Shown: piece after piece, positions 1 through 7,410 of the stretch
How positions within the stretch are numbered: the first letter of the stretch is position 1
How the letters are laid out: each line of letters begins with the position of its first letter
Origin: Podarcis bocagei
Taxonomy: Eukaryota
Strand: one strand, 5' to 3'
DNA length: 64,000 nucleotides
NCBI GenBank assembly: GCA_964188305.1
Contig: OZ076885.1
Position numbers and translations under genes: made by a program
The notes under the pieces: generated by a model
What the model was told of the DNA's origin: nothing
What the model saw: only the letters and a program-made list of their open reading frames with translations
Database searches by the model: none

Positions 1-962
1 TTTTACAAGTTATAGTATTCCTCTGCTGTTGTTTCCTTTTATTTATTGTATTGCTGTAATGTGGTTAGAGCCACTACTGACTGGTGAGATGACCAAGTTG
101 TCATTTTTAATTAGCTTTATGGGTGTGTGTTTTTTCCAAGGGCTAATTACTGTACTTTTTAAAAACCAAGATTACTTGATTGCCAATGACAAGGGTGCCA
201 TGGTTACACATCTTAGAGAATTCCCCAACTACAGAGTTATATGAATCCAACTTCCCTCTGGATCTTTGCACAGTAAATCCTTGGGGGGCAGGGAGGAGGG
301 TAGTTAAGAAAAATACATATTGACAAATGCTATCAGCAAAAGTGAAATCATCTATTGTACAACCTCATGTATCTTAATCACCCATAGGACATCCAAAGCA
401 TCAAGATGGTCAGAAGGTCCAATAAATAATGGTGTTTCCTAAACTCCCACCAATATTTGGTGTCAGATAGCAGGGAGGCAAGTAGGAATTTCATAGAACA
501 GCTGCTTGGCTAATGGAAATTCTGTTTTTCCACTTCCTCTATTTTTATGAACATTAGCAATACCTCTTTTACTTGCGGATTAGTTGCAATTAAGGCTGCA
601 ACCCTATGGGCAGTTATTTGGGAGTAAATCTCATTTAACTCAGTAGAAGCTTCTTCCAATTATTGTTATTATTAATTATGGCTCGGAGCCTACTAGGTTT
701 CAACAAATGGAAGGGCTCCTCCTGTTTGTGGATGGAACTGGGATTTATTGAAGGATCCCTCTGGCAGAAGGAAGTCAATGTTTGCCAATTGCCCCACATC
801 CCCTTGTATGCTTCTCTAGTGGGTCCCCCCCTTCAGAGAAGATTGGGGGGCCAGGCAGGGCTGAAGAGGGAAGAGTCACATCCTTCCACTGGCAGGAGCA
901 GTGTATCAACAGAACTTCCCGCCAATGGATGCTCCTGCCAGGAGGCTCCCAGTCTATGTATT

Positions 963-1340
963 AAGGGTGGCGCTGTAGTCTAAACCACTGAGCCTCTTGG
1001 GCTTGCCAATCGGAAGGTCGCTGGTTAGAATCCCCGCGATGGGGTGAGCTCCCATTGCTCTGTCCCAGCTTCTGCCAACCTAGCAGTTTGAAAGCACGCC
1101 AGTGCAAGTAGATAAATAGATACTGCTGTGGCGGGAAGATAAGTGGCATTTCCATGCTCTCTGGTTTCTGTTACAGTGTTCCGTCATGCCAGAAGTGATT
1201 TAGTCATGCTGGCCACATGACTTGGAATGCTGTCTGTGGACAAACGCCGACTCCTTCGGCCTGAAGCGAGATGAGTGCCGCAACCCCACAGTCGCCTTTG
1301 ACTGGACTTAACTGTCTGGGGTCCTTTACCCTTTTTTACC
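963..1340 (+). mobile_element. Sauria SINE (Squam1/POM-type tRNA-derived SINE)
   Basis: tRNA-like head (GGTGGCGCTGTAGTCTAAACCACTGAGC), typical body and (CCTTTA)n-like tail; flanking direct repeat AGTCTATGTATT at 951-962 and 1342-1353; homologous to three other copies in the window. Confidence 0.9.
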
Positions 1341-1752
1341 TAGTCTATGTATTCAGCACCATCAATAGGCATAGTGCTATGCAAACTGTAAGAGGGCAGG
1401 TTTCTGTCCTGAGGAGCTTGCAATCTACATTTCAACATTGAGGGGTTAGAAGAAGGAGAGTAAAGTAGAGGCAGGAGAAAACAGGGAAAGAAAATGCAAT
1501 ACATTTAAGCAATACATACTTAGGGCATGGTTCCAGAGAGATAAAGAAACTCAGAGCTCATAATTGAAAGAGTCAATTTTGAGGACAGATTTGAGGCAAT
1601 TTAATTTCCAAGTAAACTTGCACAGGAATGTACTATAGAATTCATTTGTAGGCGAAAACATTGTTTAGTAACACTTGGGAGGACTAGACTAAGTATACTT
1701 TGTCAGAGTACTTTAACAAGTGTTGAAAAGTATAAGTTTTGTCTACACACAT

Positions 1753-2160
1753 TGTGAGGGTTTGATTAGCTGCTTGTGCGTGAAAACGTGCTCCCTCAGA
1801 GTTTGTGCGCCCCCACAAACCTCCGTGTGTGACGGAGCTCCTCAGACATGTCTGCTCTAGTCACTAGTAGAGTCCGACAGTGGCTGTCTGCGGAAGCGTT
1901 TCCAGCAAAGAAGTTCCTTAACGGAAACGCGTCTCCTGGACTCACGGCGTGACAGTTTCCTGCGAGGTATGGGTCTCCCTATGGGAGACTCCGATACCTC
2001 CCCACTGTTCTCGCTGGAAGCCTCCCTGAGCCCTCCCTCCTGCTCGCATTCCCTCAGAGACCCACTCCTCCCCCTGCTGGTCCCTGCTTCAGCAGTTGAG
2101 TCTCTTTCATCCTGCCTGAGTCCCTCCACCACCTGATGCTCTGATGGCAGTTCCCTGACA
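1753..2160 (-). repeat. 3' LTR of the Gypsy element (408 bp)
   Basis: Minus strand begins TGTCAGGGAAC and ends CCCTCACA; no differences from 6816-7223 seen by eye. Confidence 0.97.
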
Positions 2161-5100
2161 TCCACCTCCCCTCCAGGGCCCCCCTCACCCCCTCCCAATT
2201 CCTCCCCCCTGGGAGGTGAAGGGCTAAAACCCCGAAACGAATCTTCCTCATCTTCTGACGTCTCGAACAATTCTCTCCATCGATCGTCGTCCTGGCCAGC
2301 TGAATCCTCCTCCTCTTCAGAATCTGGGAACCCCTCCAACTCCTCTTCCTCGTCGGTGGTGGCAAAGTATTCCCTTCGGAACCTCGCTACAGGCTGAGGT
2401 TTACGTGGGAACCTCTGATGAAAAGTCTCTATTAAAACCTCGTCATTGACATCCTCTGCCCTAACCCAGGTGTTTTCCGACTCCGGTTCCCCTTCCCACA
2501 TTACCAAATACTCTACTTGATCTCCCTTCCACCTGGAATCGAGGATCTCCGCTACATGGTAGCTGTGTTCCTTCTCCTCCATTGCTGGTCCCCTAGTGAC
2601 CCTCCCCTCACTGTCTCCTCTATACGGTGACAGCAACGACCTGTGAAAAACTGGGTGCAGCTTCATGTGGTTCGGTAACCGGAGCCTGAAAGCCACTGGA
2701 TTGACCTGCTGTATGACTTCAAACGGACCCAGCCTTTTGGGTCTTAATTTCTTACAACCTCCTTTGAATGGCAACCCTTGGGTTGACAGCCACACCTGGT
2801 CCCCCACCCTGATGCTTTCACCTTCCCTTCTGTTTTTGTCTGCTTGCCTCTTATATTCCTCCTTAGCCCTGTTTAAGTTGAGTTGGAGCTGGCGATGGAT
2901 CGCTTCCATTTCTTCCACGAACTGTTCTGCAGCTGGAACGCTCCAGTTCTCCCCCTCCCCCCCTGGGAAGGCTCTGGGATGGCACCCGTGATTAGCCAAA
3001 AAGGGGCTCATCCCCGTGGACACGTTCTCTGCATTGTTGTAGGCAAATTCTGCCAACGCCAGCTTCTCCACCCAATCATTCTCTCTGTCATTAACATAAC
3101 ACCTCAAATATTGTTGGAGAACCCCATTTGCTCTTTCCGCCTGCCCGTTGGTTTCAGGATGACGGGCCGTCGAGAAATTAACCTCTACATGCAGTAAGCT
3201 CATGAGCTTCCTCCAGAACCTGGAAGTAAATTGTTTCCCTCGGTCTGAAACCACCCTCAAGGGGGCGCCATGCAACCTAAACACATTCTCTACAAACAAT
3301 TTGGCGGTTTCTTCTGCTGTAACCGCATGTGAGCAGGCTATGAAGTGGGCCATTTTAGTTAACAGGTCTACTACAACCATGATGGCTGTTTTCCCTCTAG
3401 ACCTTGGCAGATCAGTCATGAAATCTATTGCCACTGCTTCCCACGGTCTCTCAGGTGTGGGCAGTGGTTCTAATAAACCAGCCGGCGCCTGCCTCTCCCC
3501 CTTGGCTCTTTGGCATTGTTCACACCCTCTCACATACTCCCGCACATCTTCCCTGACCTTGGGCCACCAAAATTCCCTGGTAACCAGCCACATGGTTTTG
3601 TGTTGCCCAAAGTGCCCTGCTGTGGGGCTATCGTGCAGCTGCTTGAGTACTTTCTCCCTCAATTCCCCTTCAGGTATATATAACGCTCCCTTATAATACA
3701 ATGCCCCATTTCTCTCCTCAAAACCACCGGGTTTGTCTTCCTCCCCTCTGAGATCCCTGAGTTTCCCCTGGGCGTATGCATCCTGCACCGTACCCTCTAC
3801 CAATTCCCTTTGCCCCACCAAAGTCGCCCCACACACCCAGCGGTCCTCTGGAATGATATGGGTTTCTTCGGGTGCTCCCTCCCCCTCCAAATATTCAGGT
3901 TTGCGTGAGAGAGCGTCCGCCCTAACATTCTCTGGGCCTGGCACATAACAAATCTCAAAGTTAAATTTGGAGAACTCTTGGGCCCATCTCAACTGCCTTT
4001 GGTTGAGCACTCGCGCCGTTCTCCAGTACTCTAGATTTTTATGGTCCGTGCACACTTGCACTTTATGTTGTGCACCAACTAGCAGATGCCTCCATCTCCG
4101 GAACGCCTCATGAATAGCAAGCAGTTCTCGGTCGTACACCGTGTAGTTCCTCTCGGATTTGTTCAGCTTCCGCGAGAAGAAGGCACACGGACGCCACTCC
4201 GACTCCTCCTTCCCCGGCTGCAGAAGAAGCACCGCCCCTATGGCTCTGTCAGATGCGTCTGTTTCAACCCTTAGCTTCTTTCGTAAATCCACATGCAGAA
4301 GTTGTTCTTCAGAGGCGAAGGCCCTTTTCAGTTCCTCAAACGCTCGCTCCGCCTCCGCCGTCCATACAAACTTCTTCTTACTGCTGAGACAGTCAGTGAT
4401 GGGCGCCGTCAGATGGGCGAAGTTGCGGATGAACTTACGATAAAAGTTTCCAAACCCTAGGAACCTCTGCACATCCTTCTTGGTTTTGGGTGTTTTCCAT
4501 TCCAGCACTGCCTGTACCTTGCCGGGATCCATGGCCAATCCCTTGTCTGACAGGCGGTACCCCAGGAATTCCACCTCCTTGGTATGGAACCGACACTTCT
4601 CCAGTTTGACCCACAGCCTGTTGGCTTGCAGTCTGCTCAACACTTCTCTGACGTCTCTCACATGTTGCTCCTCATTCTCAGAATACACCAACACATCATC
4701 TAGAAAGGCAACGCAATTCTTGTAGAGCAAAGGGCCCAGCACGTGGTTCATAAAAGATTGAAAACACGCGGAGCCTGCTTGTAATCCAAATGGCATAACG
4801 AGGTATTCAAACGCCCCCAAAGGGGTAAACATGGTGGTTTTCCATTCATCCCCTTTCCTTATGCGTATCAGGTTGTACGCCCCCCTTAGATCCAGCTTTG
4901 TGAAAATCTTTCCCTTCCTCACCATGGTCAAAATATCATCAATTCTGGGCATAGGGAACGCCACCGGTTCAGTCACTGCATTCAGCCGCCTAAAATCACA
5001 TACAAGTCTCGGCTTGTCCGCATTTTTTTTGTCCACAAAGAACACTGGGCTCCCCCCTGCTGCTTTGGACTCTCTGATGAAGCCTCTCTTCAGGTTCTTG

Positions 5101-5816
5101 TCAATGAACCCTCGCAACTCCTGCATTTCCCTGTCTGACATGGCATACAACTTGCCCACGGGAAGCTGTGCTCCAGGGAGTAAATTGATCTGACAATCAA
5201 AGGGTCTATGAGGTGGTAGTTGGTCAGCTTCCTTCTCGCTGAACACGTCGCTGAGATCTGCATACTGTGGTGGTACCTTCACCTTCCCCATTACTTCAGT
5301 CCCTGCTAGGGTGGCTTGGGCCCCTACTGAACCCTTCTCCTCTTTGCAGTGTTCTAGGCAATGTGCTGAACCAAAGGACACCACTCTTTGATGCCAGCCA
5401 ACCAGCGGATCATGTAGAGCTAGCCAGCTCATTCCCAAAATAATGGGAGCGCCTCCCAGGGTGGCCACATTAAACGCTATCAGTTCTGTGTGCCTTGCCA
5501 CCCTCATTATCATTGGGACAGTCTGCAAGCGGACTCCTCCTCCCAACAACTCCCTGCCATCAATCGTGGTCACCTGCAGGGGGTTGCTTAAAGGGATGGT
5601 CTGTATCTGGTGTTCAGCAGCAAACTCCTTGCTCATAAAATTGCAGGAGCTGCCTGAGTCCAATAGCGCCTTTATTTTTAGGGGGTGCCCATTCTGCAGC
5701 TCTAGCGACACTTCAATCACTAGAGCAGGTCGAGGAGCATCTGGCACGGGCACTTTCACTGCTCTTTGGCCTGGCTGCAGTGCCCCAATTGTGGCAACCA
5801 GGCGTTGGCTTTTACC
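1857..5816 (-). CDS. pol: Pol polyprotein (aspartic protease, reverse transcriptase, RNase H, integrase with GPF motif, chromodomain, acidic and LTR-encoded C-terminal extension), probably expressed by -1 frameshift from gag
   Basis: Frame is open from 5843 to the stop at 1857. Motifs: LLDSGS (PR); KLDLRGAY, MPFGL, FLDD (RT); TDAS, RELLAI, TDHKNL, ADALSR (RH); HxxxxxxH...CxxC and D,D35E (IN); GPF; YHVAEILD..EYLVMWEG..ENTW (chromodomain). Confidence 0.96.
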   Translation of the reverse strand, partial: GKSQRLVATIGALQPGQRAVKVPVPDAPRPALVIEVSLELQNGHPLKIKALLDSGSSCNFMSKEFAAEHQIQTIPLSNPLQVTTIDGRELLGGGVRLQTVPMIMRVARHTELIAFNVATLGGAPIILGMSWLALHDPLVGWHQRVVSFGSAHCLEHCKEEKGSVGAQATLAGTEVMGKVKVPPQYADLSDVFSEKEADQLPPHRPFDCQINLLPGAQLPVGKLYAMSDREMQELRGFIDKNLKRGFIRESKAAGGSPVFFVDKKNADKPRLVCDFRRLNAVTEPVAFPMPRIDDILTMVRKGKIFTKLDLRGAYNLIRIRKGDEWKTTMFTPLGAFEYLVMPFGLQAGSACFQSFMNHVLGPLLYKNCVAFLDDVLVYSENEEQHVRDVREVLSRLQANRLWVKLEKCRFHTKEVEFLGYRLSDKGLAMDPGKVQAVLEWKTPKTKKDVQRFLGFGNFYRKFIRNFAHLTAPITDCLSSKKKFVWTAEAERAFEELKRAFASEEQLLHVDLRKKLRVETDASDRAIGAVLLLQPGKEESEWRPCAFFSRKLNKSERNYTVYDRELLAIHEAFRRWRHLLVGAQHKVQVCTDHKNLEYWRTARVLNQRQLRWAQEFSKFNFEICYVPGPENVRADALSRKPEYLEGEGAPEETHIIPEDRWVCGATLVGQRELVEGTVQDAYAQGKLRDLRGEEDKPGGFEERNGALYYKGALYIPEGELREKVLKQLHDSPTAGHFGQHKTMWLVTREFWWPKVREDVREYVRGCEQCQRAKGERQAPAGLLEPLPTPERPWEAVAIDFMTDLPRSRGKTAIMVVVDLLTKMAHFIACSHAVTAEETAKLFVENVFRLHGAPLRVVSDRGKQFTSRFWRKLMSLLHVEVNFSTARHPETNGQAERANGVLQQYLRCYVNDRENDWVEKLALAEFAYNNAENVSTGMSPFLANHGCHPRAFPGGEGENWSVPAAEQFVEEMEAIHRQLQLNLNRAKEEYKRQADKNRREGESIRVGDQVWLSTQGLPFKGGCKKLRPKRLGPFEVIQQVNPVAFRLRLPNHMKLHPVFHRSLLSPYRGDSEGRVTRGPAMEEKEHSYHVAEILDSRWKGDQVEYLVMWEGEPESENTWVRAEDVNDEVLIETFHQRFPRKPQPVARFRREYFATTDEEEELEGFPDSEEEEDSAGQDDDRWRELFETSEDEEDSFRGFSPSPPRGEELGGGEGGPGGEVDVRELPSEHQVVEGLRQDERDSTAEAGTSRGRSGSLRECEQEGGLREASSENSGEVSESPIGRPIPRRKLSRRESRRRVSVKELLCWKRFRRQPLSDSTSD
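2161..2174 (-). promoter_or_regulatory. Polypurine tract (plus-strand primer)
   Basis: GGAGGGGAGGTGGA directly abuts the TG start of the 3' LTR on the minus strand. Confidence 0.85.
5748..5816 (-). promoter_or_regulatory. Putative -1 programmed ribosomal frameshift signal (G GUA AAA plus H-type pseudoknot)
   Basis: Heptamer at 5816-5810 in phase with the zinc-knuckle frame; 6-nt spacer; stem 1 GCCUGGUUGC/GCAGCCAGGC; stem 2 GGGCACU/AGUGCCC; lies inside the short gag/pol overlap. Confidence 0.75.
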
Positions 5817-5968
5817 TGCTCCGCTCCCCCTTCTTCTCCCCCCTCAACAGCTCCCACCATCCCTTGCCATTCCTTCCTCTGGGGGCAGACTCTGGCAAAG
5901 TGGCCTGGCTGTTGGCAGAGATAGCATTTCCGGGGGCCCTTTCCCTCCTTCTTAGCTCCCTCGCTGGT
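5756..5968 (-). CDS. gag: Gag C-terminal segment with CCHC zinc knuckle (+1 frame relative to upstream gag)
   Basis: Manual translation: TSEGAKKEGKGPRK-CYLCQQPGHFARVC-PQRKEWQGMVGAVEGGEEGGAEQVKANAWLPQLGHCSQAKEQ*; CX2CX4HX4C at 5926-5885. Missing from the ORF track. Confidence 0.88.
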   Translation of the reverse strand, partial: TSEGAKKEGKGPRKCYLCQQPGHFARVCPQRKEWQGMVGAVEGGEEGGAEQVKANAWLPQLGHCSQAKEQ

Positions 5969-6770
5969 TTTTTGAAAATGCGCGCGCGCGCGCTGTTCCG
6001 ATTTCCATCGGCTCTGCCGGCGGGAAAGCTGGCTCAGGAATGTCTGGAATGCGGAACTCCTTCCAACGTTCCCCTCTCCCTTCCCGCCTCTCCAAGGCTC
6101 TTGCCTCCTGCCGCGCTCCTATGGTCAGCGCAGATTTGGTCAGCTGATCCATAGACTCCGCCCTGGGGCTCCGTGCCAGCTCGTCTTTCACCCCCGAAGA
6201 AAGACCTTCTTCAAATAGCATTTGAACGGGTGCCGCCGATAAATCCCAACTCAGTCTGTGAATCAGCATGGTAAACTCAGTCCAATATTCACGGACAGAT
6301 CGACTCCCCTGCTTACAAGCCATTAGCTGTCTGCGCACCACCCCTTCCTCAATATCGCTGGAAAACATGATATCCATTGCACGAAAGAACTTCATTGTGT
6401 CCTTTAGTATGTCATTGTGCGTTGCCATTAGGGGTCGAACCCAGTCTCTAGCCCCTTTCTCAAGATGCCCAATTACAAAAGCAACTCGCGATTCCTCATC
6501 AGGGAACTCATCGAACTGCACATTAAGGGCATATTGCATCTCTGTCCTAAAAGCATGGTAGTCCTTGGGGTCCCCCCCAAATTTCTGCACCAATCCTGGT
6601 ACCTTTCTGGGGAATTGAGTGGCTCTCCCCTTCTTGTCTGCATCCTGAGCCCTTCTCTCCTCCAGCCTCGCCGTCTGCAGGGCCAGTTGAACCTCCAACG
6701 CTCGGTATCTATCTTCCAAGCTTGGACCAGCTCCAGCCCCTGCTCCTCCGGTTCCGGTTGGTTCGCTCAT
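5952..6770 (-). CDS. gag: Gag capsid protein (sushi/PEG10/RTL1-like), cut off before the zinc knuckle by a frame break
   Basis: First ATG after the PBS at 6770 (MSEPTG...); N-terminal coiled-coil-like segment, KFGGDP, HLEKGARDW, QGSRSVREY, FEEGL, EPMEIG motifs typical of Gypsy/sushi Gag. Confidence 0.92.
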   Translation of the reverse strand: MSEPTGTGGAGAGAGPSLEDRYRALEVQLALQTARLEERRAQDADKKGRATQFPRKVPGLVQKFGGDPKDYHAFRTEMQYALNVQFDEFPDEESRVAFVIGHLEKGARDWVRPLMATHNDILKDTMKFFRAMDIMFSSDIEEGVVRRQLMACKQGSRSVREYWTEFTMLIHRLSWDLSAAPVQMLFEEGLSSGVKDELARSPRAESMDQLTKSALTIGARQEARALERREGRGERWKEFRIPDIPEPAFPPAEPMEIGTARARAFSKNQRGS

Positions 6771-6802
6771 GATGCCTTCTCTTGCACAGGCAGCGTACAA
6801 AG

Positions 6803-6813
6803 ACTGTCGGACT
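6803..6813 (-). promoter_or_regulatory. Self-priming primer-binding site (Tf1/sushi type)
   Basis: AGTCCGACAGT, 2 nt after the 5' LTR; no TGG start; exact complement of ACTGTCGGACT inside the LTR (6944-6934). Confidence 0.85.
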
Positions 6814-6815
6814 GC

Positions 6816-7223
6816 TGTGAGGGTTTGATTAGCTGCTTGTGCGTGAAAACGTGCTCCCTCAGAGTTTGTGCGCCCCCACAAACCTCCGTGTGTGACGGAG
6901 CTCCTCAGACATGTCTGCTCTAGTCACTAGTAGAGTCCGACAGTGGCTGTCTGCGGAAGCGTTTCCAGCAAAGAAGTTCCTTAACGGAAACGCGTCTCCT
7001 GGACTCACGGCGTGACAGTTTCCTGCGAGGTATGGGTCTCCCTATGGGAGACTCCGATACCTCCCCACTGTTCTCGCTGGAAGCCTCCCTGAGCCCTCCC
7101 TCCTGCTCGCATTCCCTCAGAGACCCACTCCTCCCCCTGCTGGTCCCTGCTTCAGCAGTTGAGTCTCTTTCATCCTGCCTGAGTCCCTCCACCACCTGAT
7201 GCTCTGATGGCAGTTCCCTGACA
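6816..7223 (-). repeat. 5' LTR of the Gypsy element (408 bp)
   Basis: Direct repeat of 1753-2160 with TG...CA ends. Confidence 0.97.
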
Positions 7224-7365
7224 CACATATATCTGTATATTGAAAAAGCTTGTGTGTGTGATTGAAGTGGTACCATATAAAGTAGGAAACATCCATTTAA
7301 AATGTGGCCAGCAATCTCTGTATCTGTATATCCTAGACAAGAAATCCCCAGAAGTAGTAGTAGTA

Positions 7366-7366
<1 letters not shown>

Positions 7367-7410
<44 letters not shown>
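7367..7410. repeat. (AAT)n microsatellite
   Basis: Direct reading. Confidence 0.95.

Larger units (their letters stand above)
1753..7223 (-). mobile_element. Full-length Ty3/Gypsy LTR retrotransposon, chromovirus of the Tf1/sushi group
   Basis: Two 408-bp TG...CA LTRs (1753-2160, 6816-7223); 5-bp TSD CACAT (1748-1752, 7224-7228); gag then pol in PR-RT-RH-IN-chromodomain order; PPT and PBS present. Confidence 0.98.

Noticed and set aside
5939-5945. G GGA AAG heptamer resembling the PEG10 slippery site
   Set aside because: A -1 shift here skips the zinc knuckle and hits the stop at 5846-5844 before pol.
6771-6881. N-terminal extension of gag called from a TTG inside the LTR
   Set aside because: Non-ATG start that runs across U5 and the PBS; the first ATG after the PBS (6770) is the more plausible start.
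2665-6923. Many plus-strand ORFs antisense to gag-pol
   Set aside because: Expected shadow ORFs of a long coding region; no recognisable domains.
6920-7276. 118-aa ORF over the 5' LTR, with an in-frame ATG supplied by the TSD
   Set aside because: It is the LTR copy of the Pol C-terminus; its start codons lie in flanking DNA upstream of the predicted transcription start, so it is coincidental.
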